This document shows positions 35,737 through 45,562 of a stretch of DNA of 60,217 nt, in pieces; the first letter of the stretch is position 1, and every line of letters begins with the position of its first letter. This DNA comes from Candidatus Limnocylindria bacterium (GTDB taxonomy: Bacteria > Chloroflexota > Limnocylindria > QHBO01): NCBI GenBank assembly GCA_036265975.1, contig DATAOD010000225.1, forward strand, positions 1 through 60,217, given 5' to 3'. The position numbers were made by a program, and so were the translations under genes. Under the pieces are notes generated by a model. That model searched no databases, was not told where the DNA came from, and was given only the letters and a program-made list of their open reading frames with translations.

Positions 35737-36894
35737 ATGGCTGGCGCTATGACGGACGTCGCCACGCCCGCGATCCGGCCGGTCCCTCTCGCGCGGCCCG
35801 ACATCGGGCCGCTCGAGGAGGAGCTGGTGCTCCAGGTGCTGCGCAGCGGCACATTGGCGCTGGGCCCCTTCGCAGAGGAGCTGGAACGGGAGGTGGCAGC
35901 CATCGCCGGTCGCCGCCACGGCGTGGCGGTGTCGAACGGCACGGTGGCGCTGCACACGGCCATGGCCGCGTTCGGCATCGGCCCCGGCGACGAGGTCATC
36001 ACCACGCCATTCAGCTTCGTGGCCAGCGCGAACTGCATTCTCTACCAGGGTGGACAGCCGGTGTTCGTGGACATCGAGGAAGAGACGCTGGGCCTCGATC
36101 CAGCCGCGGTCGAGGCGGCGGTGACGCCCGCCACGAGGGCCATCCTGCCGGTCGACGTCTTCGGCCATCCCTGCCGCCTGCAGGAGCTCGACGAGGTGGC
36201 GCGGCGCCATCGGCTCAGCCTGGTCGAGGACGCCTGCGAGGCCCTTGGGTCGTCCATCGACGGTCGCCCGGCCGGCTCGTTCGGCCAGCTGGCGGCGTTC
36301 GCGTTCTACCCGAACAAGCAGATCACGACGGGCGAGGGCGGCATGCTTGTGACCGATGACGACGAGCTGGCGGACGTGCTGCGCAGCCTGCGCAACCAGG
36401 GGCGGGACACGAATGGCACCTGGCTGCGGCACGTGCGCCTGGGCTACAACTACCGCCTGGACGAGATGAGCGCGGCGCTGGGCGTGGCACAGCTACGACG
36501 GCGCCAAGAGCTGGCGGCGGGTCGCGCGCGAATCGCGGCGGCGTACCGGGAGCGGCTGGGCGGAGCGGCCTGGCTGACCTTGCCGGCGGTGGCCGAGGGC
36601 GCGCAGGTCGACTGGTTCGTCTACGTCGTTCGGCTGCGGGAGGGCATCGATCGCGATCGGCTCATCGGCGAGCTGGCCGAGGCCGGCATTCCCAGCCGGC
36701 CCTATTTCAGCCCGATCCACCTGCAGCCGATGTACCGCGAGCGGTTCGGCTTCTCGCCTGGGACGTTTCCCGTCACCGAGCAGGTGGCCGCCTCCACGCT
36801 GGCGCTCCCGTTCGCGTCCACGCTCGCCGATGCGGATGTTGCGCGCGTGTGCGATGCGCTGGCGAGCGCCGTGCAGGCACAGGGAGCGGAATGA
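35737..36894 (+). CDS. DegT/DnrJ/EryC1/StrS-family aminotransferase (LegC/PseC/PglE-type)
   Basis: Start at the ATG (35737), right after the upstream stop. LARPDIGPLEEE..VSNGTVALHTAM..FSFVASAN..AFYPNKQITTGEGGML. Confidence 0.85.
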   Translation: MAGAMTDVATPAIRPVPLARPDIGPLEEELVLQVLRSGTLALGPFAEELEREVAAIAGRRHGVAVSNGTVALHTAMAAFGIGPGDEVITTPFSFVASANCILYQGGQPVFVDIEEETLGLDPAAVEAAVTPATRAILPVDVFGHPCRLQELDEVARRHRLSLVEDACEALGSSIDGRPAGSFGQLAAFAFYPNKQITTGEGGMLVTDDDELADVLRSLRNQGRDTNGTWLRHVRLGYNYRLDEMSAALGVAQLRRRQELAAGRARIAAAYRERLGGAAWLTLPAVAEGAQVDWFVYVVRLREGIDRDRLIGELAEAGIPSRPYFSPIHLQPMYRERFGFSPGTFPVTEQVAASTLALPFASTLADADVARVCDALASAVQAQGAE

Positions 36895-37925
36895 GCGATC
36901 CCGCCGCGCTGTTCCGCGACCGCACCGTGCTGGTCACCGGCGGGACGGGAAGCATCGGCTCCGAGATCGTGCGCAGCCTGCTGCCGCACAGCCCGCACGC
37001 GGTTCGCGTCGTGTCGCGCGACGACACGAAGCAGTTCGAGCTGCAGCAGCGGCACGTGGACGCTCCGGCCCTGCGCCTGCTGATCGGCGATGTTCGCAGC
37101 CGCGAGCGGATGATCCGCGCCATGGCGGGGGTGGACGTCGTGTTCCACGCCGCGGCCATGAAGCACGTGCCGGCCTGCGAATTCAACCCGTTCGAGGCGT
37201 CTGAGACGAACGTGCGTGGCGCGCAGAACGTGGTCGAGGCGGCGCTGGACGCGGGCGTGGACCGCGTGCTTGGGATCAGCACCGACAAGGCGGTGGATCC
37301 CACGAACGTCATGGGCGCCACCAAGCTGCTGGCCGAGCGCCTGCTGTCGGCCGCCGAGAACTACAAGGGCGCCGCGAAAACGCGCTTCGCGTCGGTACGC
37401 TTTGGCAACGTGATCGGCTCCCGTGGTTCGCTGGTCCCCCTGGTGCACGCCCAGGTGGCGGCCGGAGGGCCGGTGACCATCACCGATCCGGAGATGACGC
37501 GCTACCTGATGCCGGTGGAGGATGCCGTACGCCTCTGCTTCGACGCCATGGAGCGCATGCGAGGCGGCGAAGTGTTCATCCTGAAGATGCCGCGCGTACG
37601 CATCGGCGACCTGGTGGAGGTGCTGATCGAGGCCTATGCCCCGCTGTTCGGGCGCCAGCCCGCCGAGATCGAGCTGCGCACCATCGGGCCGCGGCCCGGC
37701 GAGAAGCATGACGAGGTGCTGCTGACCGATGACGAGGCTCGCCTGGCGCGCTCGGTGGACGGCATGCTGGTCGTGCCGCCGGCCGCCGTGGCGGTGGGGG
37801 ACGGCGAGCCGCAGCGACCGGTGAGCGGGGGACGCGGCGACGAGCCGCTGCTGGATCGGGCCCAGATCCGCGAGCTGCTTGACCAGGCGGGCTGGCTCAG
37901 TCCCGGCGCGCGAAGGCCGGCCTGA
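36891..37925 (+). CDS. NDP-GlcNAc 4,6-dehydratase (CapD/PseB/LegB/PglF-type short-chain dehydrogenase)
   Basis: ATGA overlap with the upstream stop. VLVTGGTGSIGSEIV..SRDDTKQFEL..VFHAAAMKHVPACEFNPFEA..TDKAVDPTNVMGATK. Confidence 0.85.
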   Translation: MSDPAALFRDRTVLVTGGTGSIGSEIVRSLLPHSPHAVRVVSRDDTKQFELQQRHVDAPALRLLIGDVRSRERMIRAMAGVDVVFHAAAMKHVPACEFNPFEASETNVRGAQNVVEAALDAGVDRVLGISTDKAVDPTNVMGATKLLAERLLSAAENYKGAAKTRFASVRFGNVIGSRGSLVPLVHAQVAAGGPVTITDPEMTRYLMPVEDAVRLCFDAMERMRGGEVFILKMPRVRIGDLVEVLIEAYAPLFGRQPAEIELRTIGPRPGEKHDEVLLTDDEARLARSVDGMLVVPPAAVAVGDGEPQRPVSGGRGDEPLLDRAQIRELLDQAGWLSPGARRPA

Positions 37926-37952
37926 GCGCGTCAGGCAGTGCGCGGCCGATGG

Positions 37953-38651
37953 TCAGCCTTCTGCCCAGCGGCGCTCGGTGGCATGCACCACGCGGGCAGG
38001 GACGCCGACGGCCACGCTGTCGTCAGGAACGTCCTCGATGACGACCGCTCCCGCGCCGATCACGGCGCCGGCACCGATGCGCACGCCCTGGATGACGCAG
38101 GCGCCGATGCCGATATTGGCCCCGGCTGCGACCGTCACGTTGCCCGAGAGGTGAACGCCGGGCGCCAGCGTCACGAAGTCATCCAGCACGCAGTCATGGG
38201 CGATCGTGCTGCCGACGTTCACGTGCACGTGTGCCCCAAGCCGGATGGTGTTGGTCAGCACGCAGCCCGCGGTGATCACGCAGCCCGGTCCGAGCTTGAT
38301 GCGGTGGGTCAGGCTGGCTGCCGGATGGATCACCGTGTGGAAGGCCGCACCCAGCTCCGAGGCGCGCCTGACCACGCTGCGTCGCTGGTCGCCATCGCCG
38401 ATGGCCGCGATCGCCAGGCTCCTGTCGCGTCCCGCCAGCCAGTCGATCGTGCCCAGCACCTCGACGCCGTTGACCATGCTCCCTGCCGGCGGCGCATCGG
38501 CCAGGAAGCCGGTGATCTCGAACGGCCCCCAGCCAGCCTCATTGCACGCCTCGTACACGTCCAGCACCTCGCGGGCGTGGCCGCCCGCGCCCAGGATGAC
38601 GATCCGGGCGGGCTGCCGCAGGTCGTCCCCAAGGCCGTCCATCCGCGGCAA
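37953..38651 (-). CDS. NeuD/PglD-type hexapeptide N-acetyltransferase
   Basis: [35 protein letters not shown] followed by LbH repeats. This is the only minus-strand gene inside the plus-strand nonulosonic-acid operon. Confidence 0.8.
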   Translation of the reverse strand: MPRMDGLGDDLRQPARIVILGAGGHAREVLDVYEACNEAGWGPFEITGFLADAPPAGSMVNGVEVLGTIDWLAGRDRSLAIAAIGDGDQRRSVVRRASELGAAFHTVIHPAASLTHRIKLGPGCVITAGCVLTNTIRLGAHVHVNVGSTIAHDCVLDDFVTLAPGVHLSGNVTVAAGANIGIGACVIQGVRIGAGAVIGAGAVVIEDVPDDSVAVGVPARVVHATERRWAEG

Positions 38652-38677
38652 GGATATCGGTCGGCGATGGGCCGGGC

Positions 38678-39823
38678 ATGACGCGCAGGCTCCTCTTCGT
38701 CACCGGCACGCGCGCCGACTTTGGCCTGTGGGTCCCGGTGCTGCAGGCCGCCCGTGCCCATCCGAACCTGGAGCCGATGCTGCTCGCGACCGCGATGCAC
38801 CTCGATCCACGCTTCGGCTCGACCATCGACGAGGTGCGCGCGGCTGGATTTCCCATCGCCGGCGAGCTGCCATGCACTCCCACGGGCGATTCGCCGGCCG
38901 AGATGGCCGCGGCCGTCGGTCGCGCGATCGAGGGCATGGCACCGCTGCTGGAGCGTGAGCGGCCGGAATGGCTCCTCGTGCTGGGCGATCGAGGTGAGCA
39001 GCTTGCGGCGACGATCGCGGGCATGCACCTGGACCTGGCCATCGCGCACGTGGCCGGCGGCGATCGGACATTCGGAGCGGTCGACGACGCGGCGCGCGAC
39101 ATGATCAGCCGCGCGGCTGCGCTGCATTTCGTTGCGTCGGAGGTGGCAGCTGAGCGGCTGCGTGTCATCGGCGAGGACGAACGACGCATCCGGCTGGTCG
39201 GTTCACCGGGGCTGGACGACCTGCGCGAGCTGGTGGCAGGTGGCGATCCGGCGTCGGTGCGCGGTCGCATCGGGCTGCCCGCCTCCGGCGACTATCTCGT
39301 GGTGGCCATGCACCCGGAGACGCGTGGCCGCAGGAATGCCGCAGCGGACATGAGCGCCGTGCTGGATGCCGCCGCTGGCATCGGCCTGCCGATCGTCGCC
39401 ATCTATCCCAACGCCGACGCGGGCGGACGAGCCATGATCGAGCAGATCGAAGGACATCCCGGCCTATTGGCCGTTCCGTCCCTGCCGCGCGGCGAGTTCG
39501 CGGTGCTGCTGGCGGGAGCTAGTGCCCTGATCGGCAACTCGTCGGCCGGCCTGATCGAGGCGCCGATGCTGCGCGTGCCGGCCGTGAACGTCGGACGCCG
39601 CCAGGAGGGGCGGCTGCGCGGGGACAATGTCATTGACGTGACGGCTGACCGGGAATCCATCCTCGCTGCGCTGCGCCGGGCGCTCGACCCGGAGTTCCGC
39701 GCGGCACTCAGCGGAACGTCTCCGTACGGCGACGGTCATGCGGCCGAGCGGATCGTGCGCGCGCTGGCAGAGGAGCCGATGACCGATGAGCTGGTCTTCA
39801 AGCGACCGCGGGCGCAAGCCTGA
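38678..39823 (+). CDS. neuC: UDP-N-acetylglucosamine 2-epimerase, hydrolysing (NeuC/LegG-type)
   Basis: [59 protein letters not shown]. Confidence 0.85.
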   Translation: MTRRLLFVTGTRADFGLWVPVLQAARAHPNLEPMLLATAMHLDPRFGSTIDEVRAAGFPIAGELPCTPTGDSPAEMAAAVGRAIEGMAPLLERERPEWLLVLGDRGEQLAATIAGMHLDLAIAHVAGGDRTFGAVDDAARDMISRAAALHFVASEVAAERLRVIGEDERRIRLVGSPGLDDLRELVAGGDPASVRGRIGLPASGDYLVVAMHPETRGRRNAAADMSAVLDAAAGIGLPIVAIYPNADAGGRAMIEQIEGHPGLLAVPSLPRGEFAVLLAGASALIGNSSAGLIEAPMLRVPAVNVGRRQEGRLRGDNVIDVTADRESILAALRRALDPEFRAALSGTSPYGDGHAAERIVRALAEEPMTDELVFKRPRAQA

Positions 39824-40887
39824 TGGCCGAGCAGGTCCGCGTCGGGGAGCGGCAGATCGGCGGCGACGCGCCACCGCTGATCGTCGCAGAGGCGGGCGTC
39901 AACCATGACGGCTCGGTCGCTCGCGCCCTTGACCTGGTTCGGGCAGCCGCCGAGGTGGGCGCCGACGCGGTGAAGTTCCAGACGTTCCACGCGGACGCGC
40001 TGGCGCGCCCCGATGCCGCACAGGCCGCGTACCAGCGCGAGCGCGCGCCGTCGGCCACGCAGCGAGAGATGCTCCGCCATCTGGAGCTCCCGGACGACGC
40101 CTGGGGACGATTGTCGGAAGAGGCCGCCGCGTGCGGCATCCTGTTCCTGTCCACGCCCTTCGACGTGCGTTCCGCCGAGCTGCTGGCAAAGCTGGGCATG
40201 CCTGCGTTCAAGGTCGGCTCCGGCGACCTCACCAACCTCGTGCTGCTGCGGGCTCTGGCCGCGTTCGGCCGACCGCTGCTGGTCTCCACCGGCATGGCGA
40301 CGCTCCACGAGATCGACGTCAGCCTGGCCGACGTGCGCGCGCACGGCGACCCGCCGATCGTGCTCCTCCACTGCACCAGCGCCTATCCGGCGCCCATGGC
40401 TGATGCCAATCTCCGTGCCATGGCCACCCTGCGCGATCGCTACGCAGTGCCGGTCGGGTACAGCGACCACACGACTGGCCTTGGCGCGGCCGTCGCGGCG
40501 GCGGGACTTGGGGCGGCGGTGATCGAGAAGCACATCACCATGGACCGCTCGTTGCCCGGCCCGGACCATGCGGCCAGCCTCGAGCCAGGCGAGTTCGCGG
40601 CGATGGCGGGCGCCGCCCACGACGCGGCAATGGCGCTGGGCTCAGACGAGAAGCGCCCGGCGGCATCGGAGCTGGACGCGCGGAAGGTCGCGCGGAGGTC
40701 ACTGGCCGTGGTCAGCGCGCTGCCCGCTGGTCACGTCCTGCGCGAGGAGGACCTCACCGCGCTGCGACCGGCGGACGGCATCTCTCCGCAGCGCCTGGAC
40801 GAGGTCGTGGGACGCCCGCTGGCCCGGGACGTGAAAGCGGCCGCGACCCTGCTGCCGGAGGACCTGGACCCGCCGCTGGGCGGCTAG
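39823..40887 (+). CDS. neuB: nonulosonic acid synthase (NeuB/LegI/PseI family) with SAF domain
   Basis: PPLIVAEAGVNHDGSV..GADAVKFQTF..FKVGSGDLTN..LHCTSAYPAP..VGYSDHT..IEKHITMD, with a C-terminal SAF domain. Confidence 0.9.
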   Translation: MAEQVRVGERQIGGDAPPLIVAEAGVNHDGSVARALDLVRAAAEVGADAVKFQTFHADALARPDAAQAAYQRERAPSATQREMLRHLELPDDAWGRLSEEAAACGILFLSTPFDVRSAELLAKLGMPAFKVGSGDLTNLVLLRALAAFGRPLLVSTGMATLHEIDVSLADVRAHGDPPIVLLHCTSAYPAPMADANLRAMATLRDRYAVPVGYSDHTTGLGAAVAAAGLGAAVIEKHITMDRSLPGPDHAASLEPGEFAAMAGAAHDAAMALGSDEKRPAASELDARKVARRSLAVVSALPAGHVLREEDLTALRPADGISPQRLDEVVGRPLARDVKAAATLLPEDLDPPLGG

Positions 40888-41429
40888 CGCCAGGTCCCTG
40901 GGTTCGCTGCCTCGCCCTCGCTGTCAACTCCCCGGCGGCCGGCGTCCATGGCCGAGTCGATGATCCGCCAGGCGTCCTCGACGCCCAGCCAGCCGGCGAC
41001 ATCGGTCTGCCGACCCTCGAGCTCCTTGTAGATGTCGAAGAAGTTCTCGATCTCGCGCAGCCGATGCGGCGAAAGATCCTGCATCGTGCCCGTCTCGTCC
41101 CAGCGCGGGTCGTCGTGCGCCACGGCCAGGACCTTGTAGTCGTGGCCCTTGTCGTCGGTCATGTCCAGGACGCCGATGGGGCGGGCGCGGACGATGCAGC
41201 CGGGGAACGTGGGCTCGCTGATCACCACCAGGACATCCAGCGGGTCGCCGTCATCGGCCAAGCTGCCTTCGATGAAGCCGTAATCGCACGGGTAGTGCAC
41301 GCTCGAGTACAGGATGCGGTCGAGCACGAACCGATTGCGGGCGTGGTCGTACTCGTACTTGTTGCGGCTGCCGGACGGGATCTCGACCACCACCTCGATC
41401 GTGCCGCGGTCGGCGGGCGTCTCAGCCAC
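40884..41429 (-). CDS. ppa: inorganic pyrophosphatase (family I)
   Basis: [47 protein letters not shown]. Confidence 0.95.
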   Translation of the reverse strand: MAETPADRGTIEVVVEIPSGSRNKYEYDHARNRFVLDRILYSSVHYPCDYGFIEGSLADDGDPLDVLVVISEPTFPGCIVRARPIGVLDMTDDKGHDYKVLAVAHDDPRWDETGTMQDLSPHRLREIENFFDIYKELEGRQTDVAGWLGVEDAWRIIDSAMDAGRRGVDSEGEAANPGTWR

Positions 41430-42822
41430 CGTCCTGCGGCTTGTAGTTCGTTGGCAGGATCAGCGGGTCTCGCGGCGGCTGGTTGAAGTCGAAGGCGTTC
41501 ATCAGGTCGCCCATGCTGGGCTCCTCCTCTCGGACGAAGGGCCGCGGATCGGGCCGGCTCATGGTCTTGGGATCAAGGCGCTCGCCGTCCAGGAAGATGT
41601 CCTCGATGAACTTGCCGTACGCATCGAAGCTCAGCTGCTGGTGGTCGATGTACCCCTTCTTGGCGTAGGGGCTGATGACCATGGCCGGCACGCGGATGCC
41701 GTAGCCCATCTCGTCGATGACCGGCGGCACGACGTGGTCGTAGAAGCCGCCCCAATCGTCCCAGGCCAGGAAGATGGCGGTGGAATCCCAGTCGGGCCCC
41801 TGCATGGCGGCGTTGATGACCGCCGTCACCCAATCCTCGCCGGCGCTGACCAGGTGTGGGGCATGCTCGCTGACCTCGGCGCTGGGGATCACCCACGACA
41901 CCGCCGGGAGTGTGCCGTCAGCCGCTTGGGTGAAGTAGTTGCTCACCGACTGCACGTTCTTCACCTGGTGGTTCTGCTGCACGGTCGTGAAGAACGGCAG
42001 CGGGTTGTACCAGCCCGGCGTCTTGGGGCCCTGCGGCAGGTTCTCGCAATCCTCGTTGCCGGCGTCCTCGCAGTCCGCCTGCATGCCCTTGTGGACGTAG
42101 TAGCCCCAGCTGATCTTCTTCTCGTGCAGCAGGTAGGTCAGGTCGGTCCATGCGTAGCTTGGCTTCGGGAACGGCTTCGTCCGTCCGAAGACGTGGAGGT
42201 CCGGCGTGGGATCCGGCCAGCTGATCTCGGTCCGGCAGCTCATCGGGTCGTTCTTGACCTTGCACTTGGCGGACCACAGGCTCACGAGCTGGAGGTGGAC
42301 CGGCAGCGTCCAGGACGCGACCGGCGAGAACATGTTGTCCTGCAGGACGAAGTTCTTGGCGTAGGCCCAGTAGTTGGGAATGTCCGCCTCCGTCTTGTAG
42401 CTCATCACGTTCGGGACGCGAACGTTGACCTCCGACGGCCGCAGCTTGCGCTGCACGTCGCGCAGCTGCTCCGCCACGAAGCCGTCCATCTTGCCGCCGT
42501 CGATGTCGGCCACGTGCGAGCGGTGGGCATGCGGCCCGCCATAGTTGCGGTCCGAGGGATCGTGGAATGGCTTCACGCACTTGCCGTTGCGCGGATCCGG
42601 CGAGCAGACCGTCGGCACGCCGTTCTTCATGGGAATGCCGTTGGCGCCTGGGAAGACGCCGAAGTAATGGTCGAAGGAGCGGTTCTCCTGCATGACGATG
42701 ATCACGTGCTCGATCCGCCCCGGGCCGGATCGCAGCAGGGGCCCCGGGTTGAGGAAGCAGCCGGACAGGGCCAGGCAGATCGCCAGCCCGATCACCGTGG
42801 TCCGCCCGTGCAGGGGCATCAT
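41422..42822 (-). CDS. phosphoesterase-family lipoprotein (phospholipase C / AcpA acid phosphatase family)
   Basis: Lipobox LALSGC in the signal peptide. [19 protein letters not shown] signature. 8-nt overlap with the ppa start. Confidence 0.8.
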   Translation of the reverse strand: MMPLHGRTTVIGLAICLALSGCFLNPGPLLRSGPGRIEHVIIVMQENRSFDHYFGVFPGANGIPMKNGVPTVCSPDPRNGKCVKPFHDPSDRNYGGPHAHRSHVADIDGGKMDGFVAEQLRDVQRKLRPSEVNVRVPNVMSYKTEADIPNYWAYAKNFVLQDNMFSPVASWTLPVHLQLVSLWSAKCKVKNDPMSCRTEISWPDPTPDLHVFGRTKPFPKPSYAWTDLTYLLHEKKISWGYYVHKGMQADCEDAGNEDCENLPQGPKTPGWYNPLPFFTTVQQNHQVKNVQSVSNYFTQAADGTLPAVSWVIPSAEVSEHAPHLVSAGEDWVTAVINAAMQGPDWDSTAIFLAWDDWGGFYDHVVPPVIDEMGYGIRVPAMVISPYAKKGYIDHQQLSFDAYGKFIEDIFLDGERLDPKTMSRPDPRPFVREEEPSMGDLMNAFDFNQPPRDPLILPTNYKPQDGG

Positions 42823-42886
42823 GCCAAGCCGCCCCCTCCGTCTGCCGCTCGCGTCAATTTGGACTCGTCCCGCAGTCTAGCCGAGG

Positions 42887-43660
42887 CTAGTCGCCGGTTT
42901 TGTCTCGGAGCATCCACCAGAAGAAGCGCGGGTCGTCCCACAGGTAGCGGCGCGCCAGCCGTCGCGGGTCATGCATGAGCCGATACGCCCACTCGACCCC
43001 GACGCGCGTCATCCAGGCCGGCGCCTGCGGCTGCATGCCGGCCAGCACGTCAATCCCCGCCCCGATGCCGACCATGACGGTCCGCGGCAGGTCGGCGGCG
43101 TGATGCGCCATCCAGCGGTCCTGCTTTGGCGAGCCCAGCCCCACGAACAGGAGCTGCGGCGCAGCTTCGGCCAGCTGCCGAACCGCCACCGCGTCATCCG
43201 TGCCGCCGATCTCGAAGCCCATCGGCGGTGAGGTCGCCAGGCGCACGTCGCCGCCCGCGATGCGCAGGCGTGACGCGGCGCGCTCGCCCGCGCCAGGCTG
43301 CCCGCCCATCAACGCCATCGCTGGCCTGGCTGCGTGGCCCGCCATCGCCTCCGGCAACAGCCGCCCGGTGACGGTGCCGCGCAACCGGCGGCCGGCCAGC
43401 CGCACGCCGTACACCACTCCCATCCCGTCGGGCACGCGCAGCCGGGCGCCCTCCAGGATCCGGCGGAACTCCGGATCGCGATGCGCCCGCACGAGGTAGT
43501 CGACATTGGTGGTGACCACGTAGCCGCCCGTGCCGTCGCTGGCCATGGCGGCGATCGCCTCGACCGCGCCCGGGAAGCCGATGTCATCCACCAAGATCGA
43601 ATCGATGCGGACCTGGCGCCCGCGAGCGAGGCCTTTGGTGGCAGCGATATTGCTATCCAA
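42887..43660 (-). CDS. WecG/TagA/CpsF-family glycosyltransferase (GT26; ManNAc/ManNAcA-type transferase)
   Basis: VVTTNVDYLVRAH..LRVPDGMGVV..FVGLGSPKQDRWM..GIGAGIDVLAG..WAYRL. Confidence 0.85.
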   Translation of the reverse strand: MDSNIAATKGLARGRQVRIDSILVDDIGFPGAVEAIAAMASDGTGGYVVTTNVDYLVRAHRDPEFRRILEGARLRVPDGMGVVYGVRLAGRRLRGTVTGRLLPEAMAGHAARPAMALMGGQPGAGERAASRLRIAGGDVRLATSPPMGFEIGGTDDAVAVRQLAEAAPQLLFVGLGSPKQDRWMAHHAADLPRTVMVGIGAGIDVLAGMQPQAPAWMTRVGVEWAYRLMHDPRRLARRYLWDDPRFFWWMLRDKTGD

Positions 43661-43705
43661 GGGCGGCTAGCGTAACGCCCGAAATACCGACCTGCCCCTG
43701 CCGCG

Positions 43706-44662
43706 ATGACTGCAACCCGCCTGCCCGACAAGCAGACCTCACCCCGGGGGGTGACAGGAGGCCAACGCGCCGCTGTGCTCCCCACCTTCCTGATCGGTGG
43801 TGCGCCGAAGGCCGGCACCACCGCCCTGTGGGCGCTGCTCGAAGCGCACCCGCAGGTCTTCATGTCCCGCGTCAAGGAGCCGCGCTTCCTGACGCGCCGG
43901 CTGAACGAGCCGGCGCCCGGCGTGCGGATGATCGGCCCCGACCGCTCCGTGAACTTCCACCGCGGCCTGGCCTGGTACGAGTCGCTGTTCAGCGGGAGCG
44001 ATGGCGCGCTGGCCAGGGGCGAGGCGAGCCCCCAGTACCTCGGCGCCCAGGATGGTCCGGAGCTCATGGAACGCTTCCTGCCGGGCGTGAAGATCGTGTT
44101 CGCGCTGCGCCAGCCGGTGGATCGCGCCTATTCGCATTACTGGCAGCACTGGAAGAAGGGCTGGCGCATGCCACGCTTTGGGCATCTGCTGGACGACCAT
44201 CCGGAGCTGCGGTATCTGGACTACATGAGCCGATATGCCCAGCACGTCGAGCGATATCGCCAGACCTTCGGCCCGGACCGCGTCCACCTGGTCCTGTTCG
44301 ACGACCTCCGCGCAGAGCCGGAGCGCGTATATCGCCAACTGTGCCGCTTCATTGGCGTGGACGATCGGTTCAGCCCGCCCTCCTTCGGGGAGAGCTACAA
44401 CCAGTTCGCCTCGCCCCGGCTGCGGATCCTGCATCGGGCCCTGATGTTCACCCACTTCCGCCGCTTCGGACGCGTCGTCCCCGCGCCGCTGCGCCCAGCG
44501 TTGCGCAGGCTTCGCTCGTGGGCGGAGCGCATGAACCGCGGCAGCAGCAGCTACATCCCGCTCGATCGGGCGCTGCGGGCCCGGCTCACCCACGCTTTCG
44601 AGGAGGACATCGCCTATGTGGAGCGGCTGACACGGCCGCTGCCGGAGTGGCGCGAATCCTGA
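43706..44662 (+). CDS. sulfotransferase (PAPS-dependent family), paralog 1 (divergent)
   Basis: 5'-PSB loop FLIGGAPKAGTTAL. 3'-PB segment FALRQPVDRAYSHYWQ. Confidence 0.8.
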   Translation: MTATRLPDKQTSPRGVTGGQRAAVLPTFLIGGAPKAGTTALWALLEAHPQVFMSRVKEPRFLTRRLNEPAPGVRMIGPDRSVNFHRGLAWYESLFSGSDGALARGEASPQYLGAQDGPELMERFLPGVKIVFALRQPVDRAYSHYWQHWKKGWRMPRFGHLLDDHPELRYLDYMSRYAQHVERYRQTFGPDRVHLVLFDDLRAEPERVYRQLCRFIGVDDRFSPPSFGESYNQFASPRLRILHRALMFTHFRRFGRVVPAPLRPALRRLRSWAERMNRGSSSYIPLDRALRARLTHAFEEDIAYVERLTRPLPEWRES

Positions 44663-45562
44663 TCAGGCGGGCTCGCTCCAGGTGCTCAGATCCCGGCCGA
44701 TGAGCCGCCCCAGCCTCTGGACCTCTGGCGCCAGCTCGGCCGTCAGACGACGGCGAAGGTCGGGGTCCATCGGCGCCCTGGCCTCCGGACGGCTGTTGGC
44801 GGTGACCAGCGCATCGCGAAGGCGATGCACCAGCGGCAGACGGCGCAGCGCCGGCACGACGGCGCGCAAGGGCCCGGGCGGCTGGAAGATGAGCCGCTGC
44901 AGCAGTCCAGAGCGCGGACGCCGGTTCGCGTTCTGCACCGCCAGGTTCACCGCCACGTCCTGGTCGACGCCCAGAAAGGCGAAGGTGTCGCGAACGACCG
45001 CGGCCGGGTCATCGCGCAGGTCCTCGTGGACGATGACGTGCACCCGTTCCGGGCCGAAGATGTTCAGGTAGCGCTGCAGCTGGTCGGCGAAGCCCACGGA
45101 GTGGCGATAGAAGAGCGCCTCGCGACGCAGCGCCGCCCGCGGAATGCGACGACCCGCGCGTCGATCTGGCTCGGCGGCCAGCGCATCGGCGAAATCGGCC
45201 AGGTCCTCGCGCTGGTTGAACAGCAGCTGGCTGTGCTGCGCATACATCACGTCGACCGGATTGCGGAGCATGACGATGGCCTGCGCGCCCGGCGAAAAGG
45301 CCTGGATCTCCGCTGCGGCGCTGGTGGAGTACAGGTACCAGGGGGAGGCCTCGCCGACCCGCTGGTCGGCCCGTGCATCGGCGAACAGGGCCAGGTATTC
45401 GGCCTCGGTCATGCGCCGATACCTGGCATCCAGGTCCGCTCCGAAGTACATCGGCTCCTTGTGGAAGGGCATGAAGACCGCTGGATGCTGCCGCAGGTAC
45501 TCATATAGCGAGGTGGTGCCAGCCTTGAACGCGCCGACGATGAAGAAGTCCGGCCGCTTCAT
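44663..45562 (-). CDS. sulfotransferase, paralog 2
   Basis: True start is the ATG at 45562 (MKRPDFFIVGAFKAGTTSLYEYLRQHPAVFMPFHKEPMYFG..VMLRNPVDVMYAQHSQ). The 590-aa ORF in the track is an upstream out-of-context extension. Confidence 0.85.
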   Translation of the reverse strand: MKRPDFFIVGAFKAGTTSLYEYLRQHPAVFMPFHKEPMYFGADLDARYRRMTEAEYLALFADARADQRVGEASPWYLYSTSAAAEIQAFSPGAQAIVMLRNPVDVMYAQHSQLLFNQREDLADFADALAAEPDRRAGRRIPRAALRREALFYRHSVGFADQLQRYLNIFGPERVHVIVHEDLRDDPAAVVRDTFAFLGVDQDVAVNLAVQNANRRPRSGLLQRLIFQPPGPLRAVVPALRRLPLVHRLRDALVTANSRPEARAPMDPDLRRRLTAELAPEVQRLGRLIGRDLSTWSEPA

